A DNA stretch of 64,000 bases from the NCBI GenBank assembly GCA_951406725.2, contig OX597815.1:127782001-127846000 (forward strand), read 5' to 3'. The notes under the pieces are model-generated. The model made no database searches, had not been told where the DNA came from, and saw only the letters and a list, made by a program, of their open reading frames with translations. The position numbers and the translations under genes were made by a program. Numbering within the stretch: position 1 is the first letter of the stretch; every line of letters begins with the position of its first letter. The stretch comes from Octopus vulgaris. Its lineage: Eukaryota. This document shows, in pieces, positions 50,960 to 61,721 of this stretch.

Positions 50960-53925
50960 CTCTAGTTTTTAATGATTCTTTCTTTTGTCTTGAGCTACAG
51001 CACAGCTTGCCACTGTTTGTCGATTTCTGGTGGGTAGTGAAAGCCGTGGTGCTGGAAGATACTAGAAGCCTCCTAGAAATCCAAAAATCAAAAAAAATGA
51101 AACTGGGTTGGGATAGAGTTGGAAATCCTACTGCAAGTAAAACCAGAAACTGTGGAGAAAATTCCCAACCTAATAGAAATCCCTAAGGAAGAAGGCTGAA
51201 ATGTTACTTCTGTGGTGATTCACGTCACATCAGAATCTATTGCCCGATAGAAAGAAGGAAAAAGGAAAAAAATTAGCCGCAGCAACTACTAACACCACTA
51301 CACCCACAACAATAACTGACATCACAACAAGGGCAGCAGCAACAGCAACAACAACAGCAGCAACAGGGAACTTCCCACCAAAAATAATGATAACACCAAT
51401 GACAAAACCAAAAGTAAAACAAATACCTGCTGAAGAAATACCCCTCCTTTATTCAGACAACGTAAATGATGGAAATAAGGAGGGATGGGCATGGCAAACA
51501 ATCACACAAAAAGGAAGGAAAAGACGGAAGAGCACAAATGATAACCAGAAAGAGAAAAACAGGCAAGTACAAGAGAAAATGGAAGAGGGAATGAACAGTA
51601 ACAGCAGCACACCATGCATAAACTCATCTACACACACACACAGGAGACAATGACATTATCTCCGCCATTACCACTACAACCTCTACAACCATCACAAACA
51701 CAACGTAGCCTACACACACAACTGATAGATTTCATTCCTCCAAAAGATCATAAACCAGACATCATAAATCTTACAGTTGTAATCACAAAAAATAACGAAT
51801 TAATAGAACATATCCACAAACACATGGATATTAATGAATCCAATTATATCACACCAACCACAAATATACCAGCACATGTAAAAGTATTCAAAGCTTCTCA
51901 AAGTGAACACAAAATTTTGAAATCTAGATATCCCTAGTTTGCTGGGGACAACAATCATACAGATGGTTGGTAAAGAACCTGGTATGGGTGGGGCTCTGAT
52001 TAATTTGGATCAGTCAAAAGCCTTTGATAGGGTCAACCATTGGTAATTGGAGGTTGCCCTTATGGTGCCTGGCTTCAGTCCTCTTTTCAGAGGCTGGACT
52101 GCTGTAATGTACAGTGACATCTGTTTCAGTGGTTAGAGTAAATGGCCATCTGTCAGAATCCTTTAGCATCACCAGTTCGGTCCATCAAGGGTGCCCACTC
52201 TCACCCCTTCTCTACATACTGGCACTCAAGCCATTACTGTAGAAGCAGCATGTTTTGAGGGGCATCCCACGTAAGCTAGGATGTGGAAGAGGTGTGTCAG
52301 CATATGCAGACACCATCACCATGATAGTGTTGGATATCTCTGAAATAGAGATGGTTGGCACTAAGCTAAGGGAATACGAAGTGGAGACAAGAGCAATGAT
52401 TAACCAGGAGAAATCAGTGGGCCTGTAGCTCAGCACCTGAAGAGGCAGTCCATGCCGACTGGCAGCATTGTGGGGCACTGGATGGAAGGCCCATCCTGGA
52501 TTAAGTTGCTCGTGGTCTGGTTTGGTCCAGACTGCCAAGTAAATAAGAACTGGGAAGAGGTGACAGACAGGGCAGCCAGTCTCACCCAGAAATAGGCCGA
52601 AAGGAAGCTGTCTCTGAAAGGTTGGGCGAAGGTGGCGAATGCATACATCACATCTATCATATACTACTGCCTGATTGTCATCCCTTGTCCCATTTTGTGG
52701 CTAAACAGGCTTGTGTGCCTGCTCTTCTGCTTCTTGTGGAAGGGAAGAGTACTGCTTGTCCATTTGCTGTCAGCACCCGTTGTGTGGAGGACAAGTAATG
52801 TTGTGGCTGATGATGCACAGACATGTGCTGAAGCTGCAACATCTCCAATAATAACTTAACGGTGAGCAGGTGTGGTTTGCCATTTGTTAGACACACTTTT
52901 CTTCAGCTTGTCTCCTTGACGGAGCTAAAGTCCTGAGTCAGGTGTAGAGACAGGGCACTTGGCACCTAGATTATCTCCAAGCACTCACAGCCCTTGGCCA
53001 GTCAAGCAATGTGGTCAGTGAAAGTTCCACCTTGGAGTTCTATAGGGGATTAGTGGAGGACAAGAGCATCGATAATCTTGGAGAGACTTTGGGCATTGAG
53101 AGGGATCAACCAGCTGGTCTCTTCTGGAGGACTTTCAGGCTGGGCCTATGGGTAATTTCCAGAAATTTGCTGACAGCAAATGGACAAGCAGTACTCTTCC
53201 CTTCCACAAGAAGCAGAAGAGCAGGCACACAAGCCTGTTTAGTGCTGCCAGTTCATGATAAGCTCTACAGGCATGGATGTGCTGCCAGGTGGTCTTGTCT
53301 GAGGTGCATGCAGAGTGAGGAAACTGTTCTGCATGTGCGGTACAGTCTCCATTCATTGCTGATTTGTGTAGCTTCATCAAAAGTTATTGTCACATGTAAG
53401 ATGGATCTGGCTATCATCTGAGTTCATCGTGAAGATTATCCTACCTCCTTCCTTTGGCCGGGAGGAAAGGCAGTTTTTCTCAGTTTGATGGCTATGACAA
53501 AAGAGGCTTTATGGTGGACATGATCGAAAGGGTTGCAGACGGGTATCTTCCTCTTTGGCCAAGGCCTCATTGACTTTTCAGGTTCCATCTGAAATGGAGG
53601 GTGAGACTGTCACACAGTAAGTTTGTCAAAAGGTGAGTGAATGTAGCAAGTATGACCCGTGTAAATGGGCCTACTCTAAATGTGTGCCTATAGGCCGGAT
53701 GGAGTGAGGAGGAGAGGGGTGCCTATCTGAGGAGCCTTGGGGTTAAGGGCCCAAAGTGGGTGAGGTTGCTTCAGTCACCTCTTGGTAGACCTCCCCCACT
53801 ATTGGGGAATTATATATTGTTAATTGTTGTGTTTTGCTGTTTACATGTTTAACCTCACTATCCCTCATCTATGTATCATCCTCTATGCTTTGTGTTTGGA
53901 CCTGGTGACCAATAAAGAAAGAATC
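50960..53925 (+). mobile_element. L1/Tx1-clade LINE: ORF1 zinc knuckle plus deleted ORF2 (RT, C-terminal zinc finger), degenerate
   Basis: CYFCGDSRHIRIYCP, LINLDQSKAFDRVNH, SVHQGCPLSPLLY, SAYAD and CLRCMQSEETVLH motifs; AATAAA then (ATT)n at the 3' end. Confidence 0.8.
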
Positions 53926-54099
53926 ATTATTATTATCATTATTATTTTTATTATTTTACATATAAACAACAGATTAAACTGTTGGAAAAGAAAATTTCTA
54001 ACAACAGGCTACAACAAGTAACCTTGGATGCCAAGATCCTTCCTAAGTATCCCAGCTGTCCTTAATAACACTGTTTTTTGGAGCTGCATAGTTTTTTGC

Positions 54100-55260
54100 A
54101 TAGTTCCTCATGGAAATACCATCAGGAAATAGATTACTATGGAAGAGCAGGAACAGTGTATCATTACAATAGCAAGTAAGCTTTACAGATCTGAGAAAAG
54201 AATAGATCACCAGAACAGAAGAGATTTTATCAGCAAATGAATAGTGGAGAAGAAAGTACTGAAGATAAGAAGTCTAATACAGAAACTTGAAATTCTGGAG
54301 TAATGGTTGGGATAAGCCAGTAAATCATAATGGAGATGTTGCATGGTTACAGAAACTAAGGGAAGAAGTAGTTAGAGAGAAGCAGCCAGATCTAAAGCTA
54401 ACTAGAGTATTAACGAGTAGAGTATTGGGGAAAATATTGAATTCCAGGGCCTGGGACCAAATTTAGTTCAAGGAAATTTGGTTAAGGAAATTTAGTAGCT
54501 TACATGGGACACTGAGGGAACAACTTCAGGATTGCCTGAATGGAGGAGTAATACCAGATTGAATGACCAGAAAAACAGTTCTCCTTATGAAAGACAAAAG
54601 CAAGGGCAATGTAGCTAGTAGTAACAGGCCAATCATTTGCTTATCGTTAGTATGGAAGCTATTAACAGAAATGCTCTCAGAAAACATTTATGAACACTTT
54701 AACAGCCTAAATTTGCTGCCAGAAGAACAGAAATGTTGCAGGAAGAAGGCTAGAGTAACTCATGATCTATTATATATAAACAAAGCAGTTCTACAAGAAG
54801 TGAAATCTAGAAAGAAAAATTTGACAATAGCATGGATATATTATAAGAAAGCCTTTGACATGATTCCACACTCGTGGATTGGGGAATGCTTGAATATATT
54901 TAGTATTGCAGACAACATAAGAGAGTTAATTAGCTTTCGCATGAAGAAATGGAAAGTAAATCTCTACTCAGGTGACACAGCCTTAAGGAAACTTAATTTC
55001 AAGAGAGGAATTTTCCAAGGAGACTTGTTATCCCCTTTAATATTTGTGTTATGTTTAATCCCCTTCAGTTTAGTATTAAGGAAGTCAAAGGAAGGATTTC
55101 AATTTAGAGATGGTAAAGGAAAAATTAATCATTTGCACTACATGGATGATCTGAAGCATTTTAGTAAGAATAAAACCGAGATTCCTTAATACAAAGTGTA
55201 TGACAATTCAGCAAAAAAATAGGCATGGAATTTGGTGTAGATAAGTGTGAAATATTAGTT
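54100..55260 (+). mobile_element. R4/Dong-like RT fragment
   Basis: ORF 54563-55189: NRPIICL, KKAFDMIPHSWI, RGIFQGDLLSPL, NHLHYMDDLK. Confidence 0.88.
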
Positions 55261-55606
55261 GTGTGTGTGTGTGTGTACTAAGTCCAAATATGCAAATCAC
55301 ACCCCCACTAAATTCTCAGCCATGTAGTCACAAATGATAAGCATGACCAACCATTAAAGAACTTCACAATCCTTACAGTGCTTTTCATTCAAAAGCCATT
55401 CTGACCTTTACATTTATACTTTGTATTTGATTTTTTGTATATTTTACCTACCACTTTGTATTCTTTACCTATCACTCCCCAAATATATATCAGCTATCCT
55501 TCTTCATTAAGAGATTTCTGAACTACTATAACCAGACATATCCTACCAACAGCGTCCTGCTGCACACAGTAGTAAAATGTACATATTATAACACTGTAGC
55601 TTATTA

Positions 55607-55716
55607 TGTAACCTGATGATGTTTCTTCTGCGCTATGGGGTGCATTCAGTTTTATCATATTATTCCCCACCCATTTAGGAGCAGTGCAGATGTGAGCCGA
55701 AACAATCATCATGTGA
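55607..55716 (+). ncRNA. Decayed type-I hammerhead-like motif (Penelope-type)
   Basis: CTGATGA (55613-55619), hairpin TCTGCGCT/AGTGCAGA, then GAAAC (55699-55703) AATCATC, which is explicable as CpG-decayed ACGATCGTC. AATAAA follows. Confidence 0.4.
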
Positions 55717-55953
55717 AATAAAGCTTACAGTACACTCTGTCTTACCTATTAGTCATTTAAAATATACTTAATATGCACCAAGGAATTCCTTACATAGATC
55801 CTGTGATGAAAGTGCAGTACTGCAGATAATGCCTGTTAGCTATAAGTGCTGAATGGGCTCCCAAAGCTCACTACTAGAGACATACACAAAACAAGGTTTG
55901 GATACTACATTTCAAAGTTTCCTATCTCAACTTCAATTTTAAATTATAACCTG

Positions 55954-55969
55954 TATATATATATATATG

Positions 55970-56036
<67 letters not shown>

Positions 56037-56153
56037 TCATCATCATCATCATCATCATCATTTAGCGTCCGTTTTCCATGCTAGCATGGGTTGGACGGTT
56101 CAACTGGGGTCTGTGAAGCTGGAAGGCTTCATCAGGCCCAGTCATATATATAT

Positions 56154-56185
<32 letters not shown>

Positions 56186-56188
56186 GTA

Positions 56189-56262
<74 letters not shown>
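55954..56262. repeat. (TA)n, (CAT)n, a short inverted RTE tail (56034-56142) and (GATA)n
   Basis: Directly visible. Confidence 0.9.
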
Positions 56263-56263
<1 letters not shown>

Positions 56264-56422
56264 TGGGGGAATATTATTCTAAACTTACAGGGAAAAATTC
56301 AATTTAGAAATACTAAATTAAATTTCGCAAAATATAGTACATATATATATATAAATTAGAAAAAAACCCACCTTTTATCAATTCAATAATGAAAAATTAA
56401 ATTATACAATTTAGAAAAAAAA

Positions 56423-57025
<603 letters not shown>

Positions 57026-57086
57026 AATATTAGGGAATAAATCCAAATTTACAGGGGAAAAAAAAATCAGATTTAGGATTAAATCC

Positions 57087-57384
57087 GCCCCGTTTCGTGT
57101 CCGTTGCCAGCCTCGCCTGGCCCTCGTGCCGGTGGCACATAAAAAGCACCATCCATTCGTGGCCGTTTGCCAGCTCTGTCTGGCACCAGTGCGGGTGGCA
57201 CGTAAAAAGCACCCACTACACTCACGGAGTGGTTGGCGTTAGGAAGGGCATCCAGCCGTAGAAACACTGCCAGATTTGACTGGGCCTGATGAAGCCTTCT
57301 GGCTTCACAGACCCCAGTAGAACCGTCCAACCCATGCTAGCATGGAAAACGGACGCTAAACGATGATGATGATGATGATGATGA

Positions 57385-57387
<3 letters not shown>
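57087..57387 (+). mobile_element. RTE 3' tail copy (same subfamily as 3740-4140)
   Basis: Near-identical sequence, including gatgaagccttc...gcttcacagacccc. Confidence 0.85.
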
Positions 57388-57417
<30 letters not shown>

Positions 57418-57568
57418 AAATATATACATTTTATTTATTATTTTGCACATTGCTTAATCATTGTTATATGTTTTATCTTATATTTAATCTTTCTATATGT
57501 AATTTTTCTAAATTGTATGATTTAATTTTTCGTTATCAAATTGATAAAAGGTGGTTTTTCTCCAATTT

Positions 57569-57611
<43 letters not shown>

Positions 57612-57744
57612 TGATCAATCATATATATATGATTGATCAAAAAAAAAGCGGAGAGGAAAAGACAACAAAAAAATCAGCAACATTGGGACGTAACACATGC
57701 AAAGCATTAATGAGATGCTCGCTCAGAGAAAGAAAGAATGGTTG

Positions 57745-57778
57745 TTTTACATTTTGAGCATAGCTCTTCTTCAGAAAT
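57745..57778 (-). ncRNA. Decayed minimal hammerhead-like motif
   Basis: Minus strand ttt-CTGAAGA-AGAGC-tat-GCTC-AAAAT-GTA-aaa. Matches CTGANGA-stemII-GAAAC-GTA if two CpG transitions are assumed. Confidence 0.4.
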
Positions 57779-57845
57779 AAGTCTCCAAGAGAAAATGAAG
57801 GAGTAAAATATCACCAACAGTCTACATATAAATATATATGTGTAT

Positions 57846-60566
57846 TGATTGATTGATTCTAGTTTCAGCTTATGAGCTGTGGCCATGCTGGGGCACCGCC
57901 ATTTGGTGTTGCTACTTGGTTTCACTTCATGGAGGCTTTCTAGCACCTGCTATTTGGTGCATGAGAGAGTTCGATGCAGCTGCCCTCATCTGCCCCTCCT
58001 GCCGTGAAGTTGGTTCATCTGGGACACCTGACAGGAAGAGATCCAGCTTCATTTTAAAGACATCTGTATCCACCCCATGCAGGTCTCTCAGGTTCTTCGG
58101 GAGGATATTGAAGAGCTGTGGGCCTCGGAAGCCCAGGCTATCACAGAATCTTGTCCTACATCTTGATGGCAGGTTTGGAGTCCTAGGCACCACGCAGTGG
58201 CGCCCAGTTCTGGCATTTGCGTAACTCTCGATGCCAAAGTTCAGGACACTTCCCTCCAGGATCTTCCAGATGTATATTATGGCATATCTTTCCCGCCTAC
58301 GCTCCAGAGAATATAATTTTAATCTCTTGAGTCTTTCCCAGTAGCTTACATTCTGCATAGAGGCTATCTTCTTTGTGTAGCTTCGTTGGATCGCCTCAAG
58401 TTCTGTGATCAACTTGACACTGGATGGTGACCATAGCTGAGAGCAATAGTCAAAGTGGCTTAGGACAAGTGTCTTCCAGAGGACCATCATGGTTTTTTGT
58501 TCTCTTGTTCTAAAGGTTCTAAGAATCCATCCAGCCAGCCGTCTACATTTCATTGCCAGTTTAGCAACATGTACATGAAAGGTCGCGTCATCACTCATGT
58601 GAATACCCAGGTCACGCACTGATTGTGCCTCTGGGATTGCAATCCCTCCGGGTCCAGTGTATTCATTGGGTATTGCATTCAGTTTTGCATGCTGATAGTA
58701 TAAAGCTTGAAACTTTCCAGCATTGAACTGCATGCTATTCTTTTCAGCCCACTTGTATATTTCGTCCAGCTCACATTGCAGGTGTTTAGTGTCCTCAGGG
58801 TTCTGTATTGCCTGTGAAACTTTTGTATCATCTGCATAACTTGTGATCGTGGCTCTCTGCGTGGCTGAGGGCATGTCTGAGAGGGCCATTATGAACAGTA
58901 GTGGTCCCAGAACAGTGCCCTGCGGAACACCGCTCACTATTTGTGTGTTAATGGAGGTGGCCCCATTGGCTACTACCACCTGACTTCTATCCTTCAGAAA
59001 GTCATGAAGCCATTCTCCCAGTTTTCCAACTATGTTGAGATCACGCAGTTTGTGACATATCATTCCATGATCGACTTTATCAAAGGCCTTTGCAAAGTCG
59101 AGATATATCACTTCCACATTTGAGTGGTTGAGCAGCCGTTTCAGCACCCAGTCATAGTGTTGTAGGAGCTGAGTTAAACAGCTTCTCCCTGGTCGGAAAC
59201 CATGTTGGGTGTCGGGCAGCAAGTCATTCTCTTCAAGGAAGGTGATGAGTCTCCTTCTGACTATTCGTTCCATGACCTTGCTGATGTGTGAGGTCAGAGA
59301 GATAGGTCTATAGTTCTTGGCTTCCGCTCTGCTACCTCCTTTATGAATGAGGCATATTTTACCTTCCTTCAGTTTTCCTGGAAGTTTGCCAGCTGCAAGG
59401 AAGCTCTGAAAGAGGAACTGCAGTGGTCTTGCTAGGACTCTCTTACATGCTTTTAGGAGGATTGCCGGGAATCCATCGGGGCCAGTAGCTGAGTCTGTTT
59501 TCATTTCATCTATAGCCTTGGTTACATCGTCTTCCTTTATATCGATGTAATCTATCGTCGCCGCCTCTGATTTTATATCTGCAGTGGTAAAAAAGTCAGT
59601 TGGATTGGTGATTTGGAGATGCCCAAGGGGTGGAGTGAAAACACTCTTGAATTGCTCATTCAGTATTTCACTTACCCTCATTGGTTTTCCTGTAAGTGTG
59701 CCATCCTTTTCGAGGAGTGGCCCTATTCTACAGTGCACTGTAGCTGTTTCTTTGGCATACCTGTAGAAAGCTCTGGGGTTAGATTTTATGTTTTCTATAG
59801 CCCAGGCTTCTTTGTCTGCTCTTTCTTTTTCATGGGAGAGTTGCAGACATTTTTCGATTTCCAACAGTTTTATTTTTAGGCGGGACTTTTCACTGCTTTC
59901 AATCTGTTTGTTTAGGCGATTTGAAAATTTCGTACGCCGTCTCATTAAGATTTTCCTCTCTCTGGGGATTTTGTTCTTGTGTACAGTGGCCTTTCTCTCT
60001 GGGACACATTTGTAGCATATGGCTTGCATTACAGACATGAATTGTTGAAGTTTCACGTCGATGTCTGGCGAGGAGAGACATTTAGGCCAGTTTTGTTTGA
60101 GGATCTCTTTCTCAATTTGTTTCCAGTTTGCCTTATGGTAGTTCAAGCTGGAAAGATTTTGAGGGTTTCTTGTAGGCTGCATGTCCGTGCTCTCTTTTGG
60201 CCCGTACATGGTCAGCTCTATCATGTTGTGATCCGAGAGTAGTGTCGGTGTCACTTTCACATTATGGATGAGATCCATGTCATTTGTGAAGCAGAGATCC
60301 AGTGTGTTACCTGCCCTGGTTGGTTGGAGTATTACCTGCTCCATGTACAGGGTGTTGATGAGGTTCAGGAGGGACCTCGCCTGTCCTCGTTCACATCTTG
60401 TCATTCCTGGGAGAGAAAGGCCCTCGGGCCATCTGACATTGGGCAGATTGAAGTCTCCCATAAGAAGCACACCTATGTGTTGTTCTAATGTGGTTAGAAT
60501 TTCTTCTATTTTTATAAGGCAGTCTTCAAACTTGCCCACATGGCTTGGGGCATCTGGAGGGCGATA
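57846..60566 (-). mobile_element. CR1-group LINE, 5'-truncated within the APE endonuclease, with intact 3' end
   Basis: Uninterrupted ORF, short 3' UTR with a stem-loop and (AATC)n tail; the 5' end abuts (TA)n. Confidence 0.92.
57927..60566 (-). CDS. LINE ORF2 (partial APE endonuclease + reverse transcriptase), ~880 aa without stops; no native start codon
   Basis: YRPP, MGDFNLP, TLDLCF and SDHN (APE); NYRPISLT, QHGFR, YLDFAKAFDKVDH, SGVPQGTVLGPLLF, YADDTK and RDLG (RT). Confidence 0.92.
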   Translation of the reverse strand, partial: YRPPDAPSHVGKFEDCLIKIEEILTTLEQHIGVLLMGDFNLPNVRWPEGLSLPGMTRCERGQARSLLNLINTLYMEQVILQPTRAGNTLDLCFTNDMDLIHNVKVTPTLLSDHNMIELTMYGPKESTDMQPTRNPQNLSSLNYHKANWKQIEKEILKQNWPKCLSSPDIDVKLQQFMSVMQAICYKCVPERKATVHKNKIPRERKILMRRRTKFSNRLNKQIESSEKSRLKIKLLEIEKCLQLSHEKERADKEAWAIENIKSNPRAFYRYAKETATVHCRIGPLLEKDGTLTGKPMRVSEILNEQFKSVFTPPLGHLQITNPTDFFTTADIKSEAATIDYIDIKEDDVTKAIDEMKTDSATGPDGFPAILLKACKRVLARPLQFLFQSFLAAGKLPGKLKEGKICLIHKGGSRAEAKNYRPISLTSHISKVMERIVRRRLITFLEENDLLPDTQHGFRPGRSCLTQLLQHYDWVLKRLLNHSNVEVIYLDFAKAFDKVDHGMICHKLRDLNIVGKLGEWLHDFLKDRSQVVVANGATSINTQIVSGVPQGTVLGPLLFIMALSDMPSATQRATITSYADDTKVSQAIQNPEDTKHLQCELDEIYKWAEKNSMQFNAGKFQALYYQHAKLNAIPNEYTGPGGIAIPEAQSVRDLGIHMSDDATFHVHVAKLAMKCRRLAGWILRTFRTREQKTMMVLWKTLVLSHFDYCSQLWSPSSVKLITELEAIQRSYTKKIASMQNVSYWERLKRLKLYSLERRRERYAIIYIWKILEGSVLNFGIESYANARTGRHCVVPRTPNLPSRCRTRFCDSLGFRGPQLFNILPKNLRDLHGVDTDVFKMKLDLFLSGVPDEPTSRQEGQMRAAASNSLMHQIAGARKPP

Positions 60567-60568
60567 TG

Positions 60569-60600
<32 letters not shown>

Positions 60601-60886
60601 TATATATATATATATATAAATATATATATAAAATTAAGGAAGAGAGAAAACAAATTCAAAGGTCGATGTATATATTCATTCAATCCATATTAACGAAATT
60701 CTCCATGGTATACAAGTACATACATAGATATATTCATCTAGATGATGCTTAAAAACATTTCTAAGAATTTATAAATATGTACATATATACGAAAATTTAT
60801 AAATATATAAAAATTCATAGACATACAAAAATTTATAAACACAAAAATTCATAAATATAAATATATAAAAGTATAAGTCCATAAAT

Positions 60887-61715
60887 GGGATCTTTTCGGT
60901 TTGATCGGCAGTTTTTAACATAATTTCTAGGTAACTAAAAAATTTTAAACTTCATATACTGGTAGAATGTGTTTATAAAACATCATTTTCTCTTGGCTTT
61001 CTTGAGAAAATTCTATAGTTTGTAACATATTTCTTCTTTAATTTCTTGCATTTCGGCAATTTCAACCAATCAATGACCGTCTATTGAGGTGAAAGCATTC
61101 TGTGCCATATGAATATGTTCCTCGTTTAGGAAACAGATTGGGTTTATTTACATTTGTGAAGAAAAAAAGATACCCTTCCCCCACCCCTAACCCTAACTAA
61201 CCCTAAATCTAAAATAGATTGAAATGCAATAGATCGATACTAGGGTCATAATTATGGGTGACAATTTCATATGACACCGCTAGAAAAAACTGCCATTTTC
61301 TCTAGCGGTGTCATATGAAATTGTCACCCATAATTATGACCCTAGAATCAATCTATTGCTTTTCAATCTATTTTAGATTTAGGGTTAGTTGGGGTTAGTT
61401 AGGGTTAGTTAGGGTTAGGGTTGGGGGAAGGGTATCTTTTTCTTCACAAATGTAAATAAACCCAATCTGTTTCTTAAACGAGGAACATATTCATATGGCA
61501 CGGAATGCTTTCACCTCAATAGACGGTCATTGATTGGTTGAAATTGCCAAAATGCAAGAAATTAAAGACAAAATATGTTACAAACTATAGAATTTTCTCA
61601 AGAAAGCCAAGAGAAATGATGCTTTATAAATGCATTCTACCAGTATACGAAGTTTAAAATTTTTTAGTCACCTAGAAATTATGTTAAAAACTGCCGTTCA
61701 AACCAAAAAGATCCC
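60887..61715. mobile_element. 829-bp fold-back element (inverted MITE dimer) with internal telomere-like repeats and 6-bp TSD ATAAAT
   Basis: ataaat|GGGATCTTTTCGGTTTG...CAAACCAAAAAGATCCC|ataaat. ~400-bp arms are mirrored about ~61292, with (CCCTAA)/(TTAGGG)-like tracts at 61185-61206 and 61378-61402. Confidence 0.9.
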
Positions 61716-61721
61716 ATAAAT

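Noticed and set aside
55494-55712. ORF ...SAEETSSG as an upstream cadherin exon
   Set aside because: Weak donor (gttaca), no good acceptor, and the signal-peptide exon at 34890-34953 already supplies the N-terminus. The region is better explained as a hammerhead-like remnant.
55741-55800. Minus-strand AG|gtaaga donor as the 5' UTR exon of the cadherin gene
   Set aside because: A lone donor motif ~21 kb upstream cannot be supported without transcript data.
60567-60683. N-terminal 39 aa of the 918-aa ORF
   Set aside because: Read-through of (TA)n microsatellite and flank, not part of the LINE protein.
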